A DNA stretch of 64,000 nt from Ministeria vibrans ATCC 50519. Lineage: Eukaryota > Protista > Filasterea. Below, in pieces: positions 12,980 to 25,343 of this stretch. Both the position numbers and the translations under genes were made by a program. The notes beneath the pieces were generated by a model, which saw nothing but the letters and a program-made list of their open reading frames with translations, made no database searches and was not told where the DNA came from. Location: positions 50,772-114,771 of the forward strand of contig CALSCP010000335.1 in NCBI GenBank assembly GCA_943704425.1. Direction: 5' to 3'. The stretch's first letter is position 1; each line of letters opens with the position of its first letter.

Positions 12980-14037
12980 CGGGGTTAGTGAGGTTGTTAA
13001 CACCGTGGGGTTGTGAGTCGTCGCGCCACCAGTAGTTGAAGCAGCAGTTGTCGCCAGCGACAGGACCGCTAACGCGGAAAAAAAGAGTTGAAATATGTTT
13101 ACTTTCACGTTTCCTCCGACGAATACCTTTGACCGTTGCAGTGAACCGCCTTCTCGTTGTGGCCGTAGATACACGACGGAATCCACTCCTTGGCACAGTG
13201 GCAGTTGGTAGTGGCGGTGGGCGCCACTTCAAGGGTGCAGTTGAAGGTGTCAAAGCCGTGCGTGACAGGCGACGACGCAACACCACCATAGCTGGCAGCA
13301 TCCGCAAACAAGTTGCCCAGGTGCCACTTGCCCGAGAAAAACGACTCGTACGCGTTGTTCGCCGGTGGCGATCTAGCCTTTGCAGCCTTCTTCTTGTCCG
13401 CCGAGGGGCGCGACAGGGCGGCGTCCTGTGCTGCTGGTCGCACACTGGCGTCGCGCACAGCATTTCCAAAGGTGTACGTGCCGTTGGGCGCAAACTTGAA
13501 CTTAAGGCCGGGGCACTCGGTGGGGTCGCTACAGTTGTATACGTTGTCGACGCAGTCGCGGAAGGGCGAGCGGCCCGTCAGCACGGACGCACGCTACGAT
13601 GCACTGTCAACAACACACGGAAACACTCCCTCCGCCTCATTGGGTACCGTCGGCGAGCACACTGTGCCCTGCGAGTGTGCATCGTGAAGCAGAATGGAGC
13701 CAGGAGCCCGGGCAAAGGCGTTCAGGTGGGGCGTAAGAGCTGGAGAAACGAAACAAACAAAGGCGGACAGAGAGCCTTTTTTCAAAAGACGTAATAGCCA
13801 TAAAAAAAGAGCAGCCACTTACCGTTACCACCGTTGTAGCCAAAGTCACCCCATCCTAACAAAGAAAGAGGGAGAGAGAGAGAGAGATGAGCAGCAAGGG
13901 AGACGATGGTTCTTGTGCGGTTTGTTGATGCGCCAACCAATGTCGTCCGCAAGGATAAAGAGAAAGGAGGGCGTGTCGGCGGCCGTCTCGGCTGCGATCA
14001 ACGCCACAACGGCGAGAAGAGCGAGGGAGGGGCGCAT
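12980..14037 (-). CDS. Secreted formylglycine-dependent (S1) sulfatase, N-terminal half only
   Basis: Signal peptide MRPSLALLAVVALIAA; PSFLFILADDIGWGDFG; TPHLNAFA; spliced CSPT|RASVLTGR signature; GKWHLG; THGFD. Sulfatase C-terminal half is missing. Confidence 0.88.
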
Positions 14038-14258
14038 TCTGACGCAAGATTGTGAAAAAAATGAAAAAAATAATATTCAGGACTGATCAGGAAGAATCAA
14101 AATCAGAATTTTCCTGCGTTCTGCCTTGGGGTCAAACGAAGCTTTTGTCGTACTACATACACTACATAGTAGATGCATATTGTATTGTACTTTTATGATT
14201 TATCTGAATGATATACTTTTCATTTCATTTATTCCTATACAAGTATTAACATTGTTGT

Positions 14259-15593
14259 TCATTTTGTCCTGAGCCACCAATGAAACGCAAGAACAATCAC
14301 CAAAAAGACACTGGCTGCAATCAACAGACGTTCATCGGCGTCGCAACCCAACTGATCGTAGTGGCGTAGTGTGCGAGCACACGCGAGTGCACGCACAGCG
14401 GCCGAAGAAACACGTTGGTGATCCATGGAGGAGTGAACGGAGCGGGACACAGCGTGCTCAAGTGTGCCCCGCAGCCAGTATTTGCTGCCTTCGATGCGCT
14501 GCACAGTCTCATTAAATGCACGTACGACTGCCTGCTCGACAGCACGTTCGTTTTCAAGCGTAATTTGGCTAAAGACAGTGCGCAGTCGAGCATCAATGCG
14601 ATCCACATGCAACGGCAAAAGCATTCCCACTCGCTCGACCATATCTTCAACAAGACGCGAACAGTCGCGTGCCAAACGCGCCTCGAGTTCAATTGCACCC
14701 AGTGGTAGACGGTAGCGTCGACTTGTCGCCCTGAGCTGAGCCTCGACGCGACGCAATTCCACTTCGAGTTCACTTGCAAGGCTCGAGCCAGACACAAGCG
14801 CCTTCGTCACGCTCTCTTGCAGTCGCACCTCGGCGTGCCGCTTCACCGCGTCGCGCGACAAAGCCTGGTGGTAGAACTGTATCATTGTATCGTGCTGGCC
14901 GACCTCAAGGAATTCAGCGACACGTCTGTCCTTTAGTCCGCTGCGCGTGACTACCACAGCCTGCAGTGCCTCCAGCAAGTTTTGCACAATGTACCTCTGC
15001 GTTGCCGATGCGATATCCACATGAGTCATGAGGTCTTCATCACGTGCAATAACTTGATCCATCGCGTCGCTTGCCTGATCAAGGGCCAACTCGACGAACT
15101 GCTCAACGTTGCTCATGTTGACTAGGAAATAGTGAGCGTGTAGTCGCTGAAAGGCCTCCGACAACCATCGCAGAGCTGTGTCGGCGGCCCGCGTGGGCTG
15201 ACAGACAAAGCGCACATATGTTGATGCAAGGCGGTGAGAAGCGCTGAGCGCCGTGAGCAGAGCTTCGTGGGAGACGGGCGACGAGACAAGCGCGTCCATC
15301 TGCACTTGCACTGCGGCCAACGCAGTCTCGCATCTCTGCAGGCACACGTGCGTCGCATACACCTCTGTCAAGTTGCCAAACAGTTGCTTTTCGGCGTCGA
15401 TCAGGCGGTGAAGCTTTGCGACAAGCGGGTGGTCGTGTGCGACGTGCGCGAGATGCTGCAGCAACGCAGCGCCTTCAAGCGTCGACCGCGTTGTGCGCAT
15501 GACGCCCTCCGCAATGGCTCCAGCAACCACCGCCTCGTGTGAGCTCGTAATAGGCGTCACGAGGGCAATGATCAGTAAAGCGGAGACGAACAT
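14259..15593 (-). CDS. Hypothetical intronless 444-aa helical protein with N-terminal signal peptide and C-terminal transmembrane anchor
   Basis: MFVSALLIIALVTPITSS start; LLIAASVFLVIVLAFHWW near the end; continuous ORF between AT-rich flanks. Confidence 0.7.
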   Translation of the reverse strand: MFVSALLIIALVTPITSSHEAVVAGAIAEGVMRTTRSTLEGAALLQHLAHVAHDHPLVAKLHRLIDAEKQLFGNLTEVYATHVCLQRCETALAAVQVQMDALVSSPVSHEALLTALSASHRLASTYVRFVCQPTRAADTALRWLSEAFQRLHAHYFLVNMSNVEQFVELALDQASDAMDQVIARDEDLMTHVDIASATQRYIVQNLLEALQAVVVTRSGLKDRRVAEFLEVGQHDTMIQFYHQALSRDAVKRHAEVRLQESVTKALVSGSSLASELEVELRRVEAQLRATSRRYRLPLGAIELEARLARDCSRLVEDMVERVGMLLPLHVDRIDARLRTVFSQITLENERAVEQAVVRAFNETVQRIEGSKYWLRGTLEHAVSRSVHSSMDHQRVSSAAVRALACARTLRHYDQLGCDADERLLIAASVFLVIVLAFHWWLRTK

Positions 15594-15665
15594 AAAATTT
15601 TATTCATTGTCATTATTTCTCTTATTGACTTATTGATTATTCATTAATATTCTTTCTCAATTTAC

Positions 15666-16325
15666 ATGCTTCGCGCCCTCCCAAGAATAATCAACTCTCA
15701 AAAGAGCACGGCAGTCCAGCGACACCATGTGCAGTGGCAAGCGTGCGTCATGTTTCAGCGTCTCATTGATTCTCTGCTGCTCCTGCGCACACCCCCCACA
15801 TCGCCCGTCGCCCTCGCCGTCAACATTCACCTGACCACCGAGAGGCACGTCCGGCAGCTCAACCGAGACTTTCGTCAGCAGGATCGCTCGACAGACGTGC
15901 TGAGTTTTCCCTCACATTCAATCGTCGGTGTTCCGCAACAACAGCCCCGCCTGTGCGTCGAAGGCGGCCTCGTGGACGCCGGAGAGATATTCATCTGCAT
16001 GGCACTTGTAAAGCGCCAGTGTAAGGCGGCCGATCAATCGTTGGAAGGATGGTACACACAGACACAAACAATGACTTGTCCGGTCTAGCAGACTTATACG
16101 CTGCCTTAAGGCTTCCTGTTTTGATGGCCCACGGACTTTGTCATCTGGTTGGAATGACGCATGATACAGACGAAAACAAAAAACAGGTGCTGTGGACACA
16201 CAAATCAATATCATGATAATCATTCATCCTTTGTTTGTTCGTAGATGAATCAGTATGAGCGTCTCATGTTACAAACGTTGCGCACCAAGATGGAAAGGAG
16301 ACTGCCTCCCGTCCAAGAACTGTAG
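15666..16325 (+). CDS. YBEY: Endoribonuclease YbeY, three exons
   Basis: RQLNRDFRQQDRSTDVLSFP, DAGEIFIC, zinc motif LMAHGLCHLVGMTHD, terminal exon MNQYERLML. Confidence 0.88.
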
Positions 16326-16473
16326 CCATTATGAAGTATGAACCAATAACTTGACACGCCAGTGTTTGTTTGTAAGATGAATCACTATGAGTGTCTCATT
16401 GTCCTAACGTTGCACACCAAAATGGAAAGGAGACTGCCTCCCGTCCAAGAACTGTAACCGCTATGAAGTATGA
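16232..16473 (+). repeat. Tandem duplication (132-bp period) of the YbeY terminal exon with its acceptor and 3' flank
   Basis: 16245-16325 and 16377-16457 align without gaps; both follow TGTTTGTT..AG and are followed by TATGAAGTATGAA. Confidence 0.92.
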
Positions 16474-16633
16474 ATAGAAGACCCTAACAGACCTATACTC
16501 ACCTATTGCGGTCATGACCATCTGCTTTGTATAATTTTGTTCTCAATGAATGAATCAGTTTTAAACATGCACAACACTCTGACACTCACAAATAAATTTA
16601 TTATTATTTTATTATTATTTTCATCTTTTCTTC

Positions 16634-17473
16634 ATGTCAATGACTTCGGAGAGCTCTAGCACAGTCGAGTTCTTGCAGCGAGAACACGCGATCACTCTTC
16701 GAGGGTTACACAAAGAAATTGAAAAGCTCAACAGACGATGCAACGAACTCACTTTTGCCCTCACATTTGGTGACACGCTCACATGTACAGGTTGGTTTCG
16801 CCTTGTCACGTTAGCCCACTTCCATCCAACCCCGTCCGGCTCTTGCCGGGTGACTCTTGCTCTCTCTTTAACTCACTTTCTTTGCCGTAACTATGGACCT
16901 TCTTTGGTTGCTAGCGACAAAATGTTATTGCACTATTGAGCTTCCATTCTCATCCACGACACCACATGGCACATACATGTACATCTCTCCCGATCCTCTG
17001 TAGTAGTACCGGCCTTGTCTGCTCAAGGAGAAGCAGATGCAGCGGCGCTTCAGCGCGAAATTTTCGACTTGAAACAAAAACTGCTTCATGTCGAACACGA
17101 CCGAAACCGCTACAAAGCCTTGTCTGAAACACTGTCGGAGCAGCTCGAACGAAGGACGCGTGCGCTCGCACACATCTCATCAAGCAACCGCAGACGTCCT
17201 TCCACCACCAGCTCGTTGCTGGCCGCGTCCACCGCCGCCGCTCAACCGGCCACATCGACGGCCCTCTTATCCATCGAAGGCAGCCCCCTCCGTCACGCGG
17301 CCAGCAGCGTCCCCGTGCGAGTACCGCGACGGGCCACTACTCCAGACGGTCGCGCTCTCCCACGCGTGCCTATTCGACTGGCTGCCCTTCTCTCACACCC
17401 ACAGCCCAGCGTCCTGCCTCCCATTCCATCGATATCGCAAGAGAAGAAACCACATGTCCGCGAGAAGACCTAA
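16634..17473 (+). CDS. CCDC92/CCDC74-family coiled-coil protein, two exons
   Basis: VEFLQREHAITLRGLHKEIEKLNRRCNELTFAL resembles the CCDC92/74 N-terminal domain; coiled coil and Pro/Ser-rich tail with VLPPI. Confidence 0.7.
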
Positions 17474-17753
17474 GGCAAAAAACCGGAAGACAACCTACCG
17501 CAACGTCTCCACAGCAACAAAATAACAACAACAACACCATGTCCCCAATGTAGATACCGCAACATGCATATTAGAAGTGATTTTGGAATAATTTATAACA
17601 ATCTTATTAGAAGTGATTATTATAACAAAGCATTATAACAAAATATAATTAATAATAATTATATAATATTATTATTTTATTATTATAATATTAATAATAA
17701 TAATAATTATGTAATTTAGCATCGTAGTGATTTTGCGTGCTTAATTTTTTTAT

Positions 17754-19292
17754 TCAGTGAATTCGAGCGAGCTCCTCCACAATCCGCGTAATATACTCCA
17801 CGGTACACGGCACCTTTCCCAGCGGCTCACGCGCCCCTTCTCCGCTCATCTCAAACAGTCCCTCACAAACCTGCGCAAAAACAAATCATTAAGCATCAAT
17901 CAATCAATCAATCAATGTCAATCGGTCGTACGGAAGCCATATCGGCGCGTGGCAAGTCAAGAAAGCGCTCGATGAGGTCGCCGTCAATAAAGCCATGGGC
18001 GGGCACACGCTTGCGTGTGTTGTCAAACGACCGCCATTGGTCGTGCGCCACCCGACACACACTCTCGATAACCTAACACATTGCATTCACTACTCGTTCC
18101 TTTCCCTCCTTTTTTTGCTTCCTCCGTACCTTCGTCATGTTCAGGCTGAGCTTCTGCAGAAAATTATAGTAACGGTCTGAGAGAGTGGCAACAACTCCAA
18201 TTGCACCCGATTGGGTGGTAAAAAGCAGCTCAGCAGACGGAACAGACTCGCTCACGTCGCTCAATCGCATCACAAGAGACCCTAAGAGTTGAAAAAAAAA
18301 ATATGAGACAAAACAGAACAAAAAGAGGGAGAGAACAGCAACGAAAAATTAAGTATATGGAAGTCGCACCGGGTCGGATTTGCGTGATATATTCACCCAC
18401 ATGGTATTCACCGGTAATGCTCAGTTGCTCTAGAACAGACAGTGCGCGCGTCAAAATCAGTCTTTATTCCAGATGTCTTACGTCGCTCGGAGTCGTTTGT
18501 TGCGTCAATGTTCCGCACGAGCGCAGAAAGATTGTAGAACGTGTCTGCGGCGAGAAAGTGCTGCTCATCGAGCGCACAAATGGCAGTGCACCACATCGGA
18601 TTGTAGTCCCTAACGTACACAATAAAACGGGAAAAAAAAAAAAAAACGTAAATTCCACGATCAATCATGTTTCGTTGCTAATGACAAGATAACTTACCGA
18701 GCAACCGATTCGAGTTTGTTTGTCTGTGCGTTGTATCGCAACAGCGTACACGAGCTCATCAAATCGCCCACAAGAATATACTCCCCTACCATGCAGTGAA
18801 AAAAAAAAACGTCAGGGACAACTGTCCATGTGAAAATATTCACAAGAGTAGAAAAAAAACTACCTTTGGTTTGAATCTTGAGCGCGAGCACAAAGGACGC
18901 GTGCCAGCACTGCTGCACAAGTGTATGCTGAGGATCCTCGGGCGTCGCATCTTCGGCTGGTGTCCACGCAAAGACCACCACGCGACTGTTGATACAGCAA
19001 GCCAGCAGCACATTGTCACTGTTGCTCTTGTTCGCGTCGGCCGACGTGGCAGGCGGTAGCACCAAAGGCGCACACGCGTATGCAGCACCATTCACCGTCA
19101 CCTCACTCGCCAGTGTCAGGCGTACCGTTGACGCACCCCCACCCGCAACTTGATGCACACGCAGGATCAGCACACGTCCTTCGCTTGGTTCTTCCTCGCT
19201 CGGTCGCACAATTGCAGTGCCCACTGCAAAGTAGTTCGATCGAGGGTCCTAAAAATTGATAAGTTTTAATAATAATAATTTTATTAAATTTT

Positions 19293-19325
<33 letters not shown>

Positions 19326-21862
19326 TATTATTATTATTCACTTTTTGTATCAATTATATTTTTACCGATGGGAATGAGATGGCTTCGAGCGTGCCTGGCG
19401 CCTCAAAGGGGTTTAACGGGAAGGTGGAGAGCAATTCAAAGGTCTGGTCGTCGTAGAGGCGCACGAACGCACTCTCACCGGGCTCCGTGTCACTCACTTG
19501 TACATTGTTGTGGACAAGGACCGTTGCCACGGCGAGCGTGTGCGAGTGAGGACAATGAGCAATGCGACGAGGCATTTCACCGAGAGGTACCGTACGCACG
19601 TGCAACGCTTGAATCTCGTCAATCGACCCAATCAACAGCGTGTCCTGAATAACAAACATGGCGAAGTGTATGAAATAATAAACAAAATGGAATTAAAAAA
19701 AAATCTTACCTCAAAGGCAATGGCGAGGGAGTTGGGAAAGGCGGAGCTGTTAAGAGGACACACGTTGGTGACGTTGCGCAAGTTGACATTGGAGAAAAGA
19801 AGTTTAGAGCCGGTGGAGTGAATGACGGTGGGACGGTCGCAGGAGGCAAACACATGCTGGACACCGGCCGAGGTGAAGGGACGCAGCGTGATGGGCTGTG
19901 TGCCCAGATTGACTCGCTTGCCACTGCTGAGGCCACCGGTCACCGCGTCACATGTGTATGTGTAGAGAGAGCCATCGCCAACGGCCACAAGTAGATGGAG
20001 AACATCGCCAAAGGGCGCAAACATGACACTGCGTGGGATAATGTCGCCCTCGAGCGTTTGCGTGCAGCGCTCGTCCAGCGACGGCAGCTCGAGCACGCGC
20101 ACCGACATGTCAGTCCATAAACCCGCCACCGCCAGCGGCGTCTCGAGATGGTCGGCAACGTGAAGGCAGGCAATCTCGTGAGGCAAGACACGCACACCGA
20201 CGACGGACAGGGTCGATGTGTCCACCGCGAGACACACAACACGACCACCTCCAAGTGACACAAGTGTGTGACGACCATTGGACGCAACCACACTGATGCG
20301 TGCATCCTCGTCGGGCACCCACTCCGCCACCATGCCTGTCGTAGCGGACACAAGACGAATGCGAGCCGTCGTCACCTGTTGCACCACGTCCACACTCACA
20401 TTGGCACACAGCAACGTCTGCTCGTCCGTCACCAGTCCCTCCACAGCGACCTCTTCAAGCTCCTCTCCATTCATCGCAATGAGCACAGTCTGCCCGACAA
20501 ACGAAATGGCCAGAATCGAGTCGGTGCCGGCATCTCCACCAGCCATCTGCAGCGCCCACGTTCCCTTGATCCCCACCAGGTCCAACGAGGCGTGCTCCTG
20601 AATCCCAATGCCATTGTGAATCACGCGCAGCGAACCGTCTTGGTAAGCCCCACTACATGTAATCATTTGTCCCTGTAGCAGAAGTAACACCAAACATCAA
20701 GAGGGCGAGTGTGTCATTCTTCTTCTTCAACAGTGCGTTTGTAGGTACCTGTCCCTGACGATCAAGATCAATGACGACCACATCGGCCATTGGACCAATG
20801 TTGGTGAAGGAGTCGATCTCCTCGATAAAACTGTCGTGGTCGTTAGGCTGCTCCAGCAGTCGCACCAACTGAGCATCACCATAGCGCGACCCAATAAAGA
20901 CTACACCTGCATCAACGTAGCAGAGACACGCCGCAATGGAAGTGCCGCCGAGGCGTTGGAGGCTCAGGTTACTCACTTCACCCTAAAACCAGATCAACAC
21001 GAGAGTAGTTAAGACAAAAAGGACAAAAGAAACACACACGCGTGTACGTTTTCAAGAACAAGAAGAAGAGAGTAGAGCGTTCCGCGACTGTCGGCCATCA
21101 AAAAACGCGTTGAGTCAATCTAAAAAAAAAAAAAAAAAAGCAGTGAAAAATGAGAAAAAAAACCCCCTTGTGTACCTGTCCAAAACATTCCATGACAGTC
21201 GAGTCCATCGCAGCACTTTTAAAAGACTAAAAAAAAAACAGATAGAAGGCAATTAAAAGCGTACAAATGCAAAGAACCCCGTCCGTACGGATCCACTGTG
21301 ATAGGTAATGTGGTGCTCGCCGACACTTATGATGCCGCCGATGGGCTGGTCGACGGGAATGAGCATGCTGGTGCCCCCTTCGACGTTGTTGTACTTCCAC
21401 GGGCCCGCCTTGAGCTCCTAGACATAATTTTTCCAATAGTCAGGAAGACAGCCATAATAATAATAATAATAACAATACAACAATAATAATAATTATAATA
21501 ATAATAAAAGTAAGTATTGTGTATACACACATTAATTATACGAAAAAACGTCACAAGAAAGTATTATTTGTTTTGTTTGCTCGCTTACGCCTTCGCGAAC
21601 ACTGACTTCGTATGTGGCAATGTGCATGTCGTCCTGTGTTCCCTGGTATAGCACAGCAATTGTTGGGTTCCGCTGGCCTGTCACAAACTGAATGTCATGC
21701 ACTACAAGCTCTTCCAGCCTACAGACATCATAATAAAAATTTAATTATTCGAATTATAACTGTTGTGCAGGCGAACCATAGAATGTACTTTTAATACATG
21801 CCAAAGCAACCAAACACATAACATACCAAATCCGCCCCAAAGAGAGATACGGAAAGTAATTA

Positions 21863-21909
<47 letters not shown>

Positions 21910-22969
21910 TAATAACAATAATAATAACAATATTAATAATAATAATAATACGAATAAAGAATAAAGAGTAAGAATAATAAGAATAAAACAAGAATAAAAA
22001 AAAAAGAAAAATAATTATTATTAAAATGCATACCGAATGTTGAAAGCGTCTTTGAACTGTCCTCGCGAGTCAATGGGAATCACTTTGAATGCACCATTGT
22101 ACTGGCGCAATCCGATGAGACGACACTCCTGGTCGATAATGGCAAGCTGACCCAACTCGGCAGGCTCTCCAATGCGGTCCTACAGCCGAAGAGTAAACAA
22201 CCAAGAACAATACTGCTGCTCTTTGTTCACCTCCAGATTTCCAAAGGACTTAGTGACAATCTTTTGTGTGGCCGCATCGAACTTGAGCACGCAAAAGTCG
22301 TAGCGCTCCAAAGATACAAAGAGAAGGTCTGTCGTTTCGCCCTGTAATGTCAAAGGGAATGACACATTTTGGTTGGGATGAGTCAATGCCATTTCGCGCC
22401 GTTACTGCTGAGACTGGCGTGCACCCAACGGTCGGCAAGACACCGTATATAGATATAACGCGATGGAAAGGCCGAGAAAGTGGTGCGTGGGTTCGCGCGC
22501 GCGCAAAATAAAAATGGCCCACACACTCTCACTCTCTCTTTCTCAATCTGGCGCGCTCGCTCTCTTTCCTTCTCTCTCTCTCCTTCTCCCTTTCGCTCGC
22601 CCGCTGAAACTCACCGTGGGTCGAAGGTGTCGCAGTGCAGAGATTCGGCCGTGCAAAGGCAGCTCGAGCAGCGGAACAAGGCCCGTTGGTGACACAGTGA
22701 AAATGTCAAGACGAGTTCCCTTGGTCAGAACAAAGCAGAAGAAAAAAGAAAGAGGAAAGGGGATGCGTCGTGTGAGTCACAGAAAACAAAGAGTGCAGCC
22801 GTATCGTCGACTTGTCAGCGTGTCGTCGACACTTTTGCGTGTCAAACGAGAGATTAAAGAACACCTTTGCAAGAATGAGATTTCTGGTGTCGGGCGAGGT
22901 GAAGCTGCAAGCAACCGACTGCGTCACGGCCGTCGCCTTGTGAGCAGTAACCACGTAGTTGAACGACAT
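17754..22969 (-). CDS. DDB1: DNA damage-binding protein 1, many exons, appears complete
   Basis: [15 protein letters not shown]; FKDAFNIR; [12 protein letters not shown]; FTNIGPM; [28 protein letters not shown]; SDRPTVIH-like CDRPTVIHS; [22 protein letters not shown]; EYHVGE; C-terminal VEELARIH. Confidence 0.96.
21859..21951. repeat. (AAT/AAC)n microsatellite in a DDB1 intron
   Basis: Direct reading of the sequence. Confidence 0.9.
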
Positions 22970-23329
22970 GATAATTGAGAGAAAAAGAAATGTTTCGTCA
23001 ACGATTTGACAACGAAACAAACTACGAAACGAACACTCACACATCAATCCCTAATGTATCACAAGTCAATAATACAAAGAAACACAGAGTGTGGGTAACT
23101 GGGACTGCCTCAGTAGACAGTGCATACTCGCAGTGCCAGTCTTGCGAAGCTTTCTCGCCCAAGCAAGCGATCACTCGGCGCACGTTCGCGCGCCAGACTG
23201 ACCAGACACAACACTGACTGACAAGTAATAACCGATAACGTAAACTGTCTGTCGTCAAAGTTATCATACGTCCCCCCCACCCCCTCGCCGCTGCTCGACG
23301 TTGCTTTTCCATCGGTGTGGCGCACCACG

Positions 23330-23428
23330 ATGGCAGAGGAGCAGGTGTACTACAATACGTACAACAAAGGTTCACATTCACACGCTCAATCTTGAGGAAC
23401 CAACTCCAATCCATGTAGTTCTGTTGGC

Positions 23429-23477
<49 letters not shown>

Positions 23478-24989
23478 GTCGAACAATTTGGTGTTTACCG
23501 AAATGCGTCTTAGACCGAAAACGCGAGATTTGGGTGGAGCTTAATCGCAAAGGAGGTCACAAAGTGAGACTCCGCGTCAATGCTTCGTGTACAGTATATG
23601 ATATTCTCAAAGCCCTCAAGGCAGAGGTACGAACGACGGTTGACAAAAAGAACGCTACACCGCCACAAAAAAAAAAAAAGAACGAAAATGAATGAGAAAG
23701 TCATTGTGGGGCATTGTGTCCGTGAGCAGCGCACGCAGTTGCATTGAACGATGGTTGTGTAGGCACCAAAACAGCTGGGACATCTGGATGCGTCGGAAAT
23801 ATCGCTGATTCGGTTTGTGGACGGCACGTCGTTCGATACGGACGCGGCCCCTCTGAAACCAAGACAACGCCTGTGTGAGTTTGGCGAGCATCTTGGCCTC
23901 TTGCGCGCAGCCTACCCTCCGGCCGAAGGTCCTCCAGGCTCCCCCGGCTTCCTGAAGCAGCCCATATACGACGCCGTGTCCATCGACATGTCAACAACGC
24001 CTGCACCACCACCACGGCGCCACAGCCTCGCACAAACCACAGTCGGCACGCCCAAAGGCAACCTCTACACACCAGTTCACAGCTCCAATGGACTCGCGAG
24101 GCACGCTTCCGCTCTTGAGTTGTCGCGAAAGAAAGGCTCCGGCAACTCTCTGACAACCATTCGTACGTCCATTCGTTTTTTCGTTTCCTCTCAAACCCTG
24201 TCCATCTTGTGATCTTGCGATTCATTTCCACAGCGGACGTCTCGCCAGTAGTATCACCGTCGATTACACCTGTGGCGGTCGCGGGCGAGCCGTGCGAGGT
24301 TTGCTATCCGTTCACCGCCATGAGCGACGACCAAATGTGTGTGAATCGGGGCGATGTGGTCACCGTCGTCGACGAATCCGACTCGTACTGGTGGCACTGC
24401 CGCAGCGAACATGCTGAAGGCTGGATTCCCTCAGCGTGCTTTAAGCCGACGAAACTCGCAGATGCCTCATGGTAAGTTCACGAGGACCTTATCAACTATT
24501 ATTGTTACTGAATTAAATTTCAATGATGTCGACGCTTGGGTGTAGGTTCCACGGCAGATTAGGGCGCGTGCCGGCAGAAGAATTGCTCAAGGGCACCGTA
24601 GAAGGGTCTTTTCTTATGCGCGAAAGTGAGAGCGCTGAGGGCCAGTACTCTCTTTCCCAGAAACTCGCCGACAGCTTTGCACACTATAGAATTATACAGG
24701 TATGGTGTTTTGTAGTGAACTGATGTAACATGGTGTTTGTGTTGTGATGCGCGAATGGCGCTGGATTGTTCTTATTTTTTTATTTTATTTGTTTGTTTTG
24801 CAGCAAGAGGATGGGACGTGGACGAGCTTCAAGCGACAGATCCAGTACAAGACAGTGCTGGAGCTGGTACTGTTCCTGCGGTCGCGACGCACCCCCGCTC
24901 AGGCCAAGCAGGCGGGCCTCATCCACCCCCTTCTCTACCCCATCCCTCGCAGCTGCTTCTCCCCTCCCGTCACCCACAAGCCTCTCTGA
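23330..24989 (+). CDS. SH3-SH2 adaptor protein with a possible PH-like N-terminal region, no kinase domain; 5' exons uncertain
   Basis: SH3: CEVCYPFTAMSDDQMCVNRGDVVTVVDESDSYWWHCRSEHAEGWIPS; SH2: WFHGRLGRVPAEELL..GSFLMRESES..YSLS..HYRI; stop at 24989. Confidence 0.8.
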
Positions 24990-25343
24990 TCCATTCAATG
25001 TAGAATTTTTATCTCTCTCTTTGCCGTATTTCTATAAATAATTTATTTTTGTCGATGTCTCCGAAACGACATGCATGTCTTGGATTGCTTATCGTTGTGA
25101 CTTGTCACATGTATAACTGGCCGTATGCCTTCTCTCTCTTGCATGTAAGGCCGTTTATATTTCTCTTCTAGTAGCACTCTTCCATTGCGAGCTGAATATG
25201 ATTGAGTATTAAATGAAACAAAACTTAAATAATCTCGATCGTGGGCGTTTCTCGGGTGAGGTTTTTTCGTATAAAGCTTTAGGATCAAAACTTTATTGTT
25301 TTTTGTTTAGGAAACTTCTCTCCAAAAAGGGCTCGAAAAGAGC

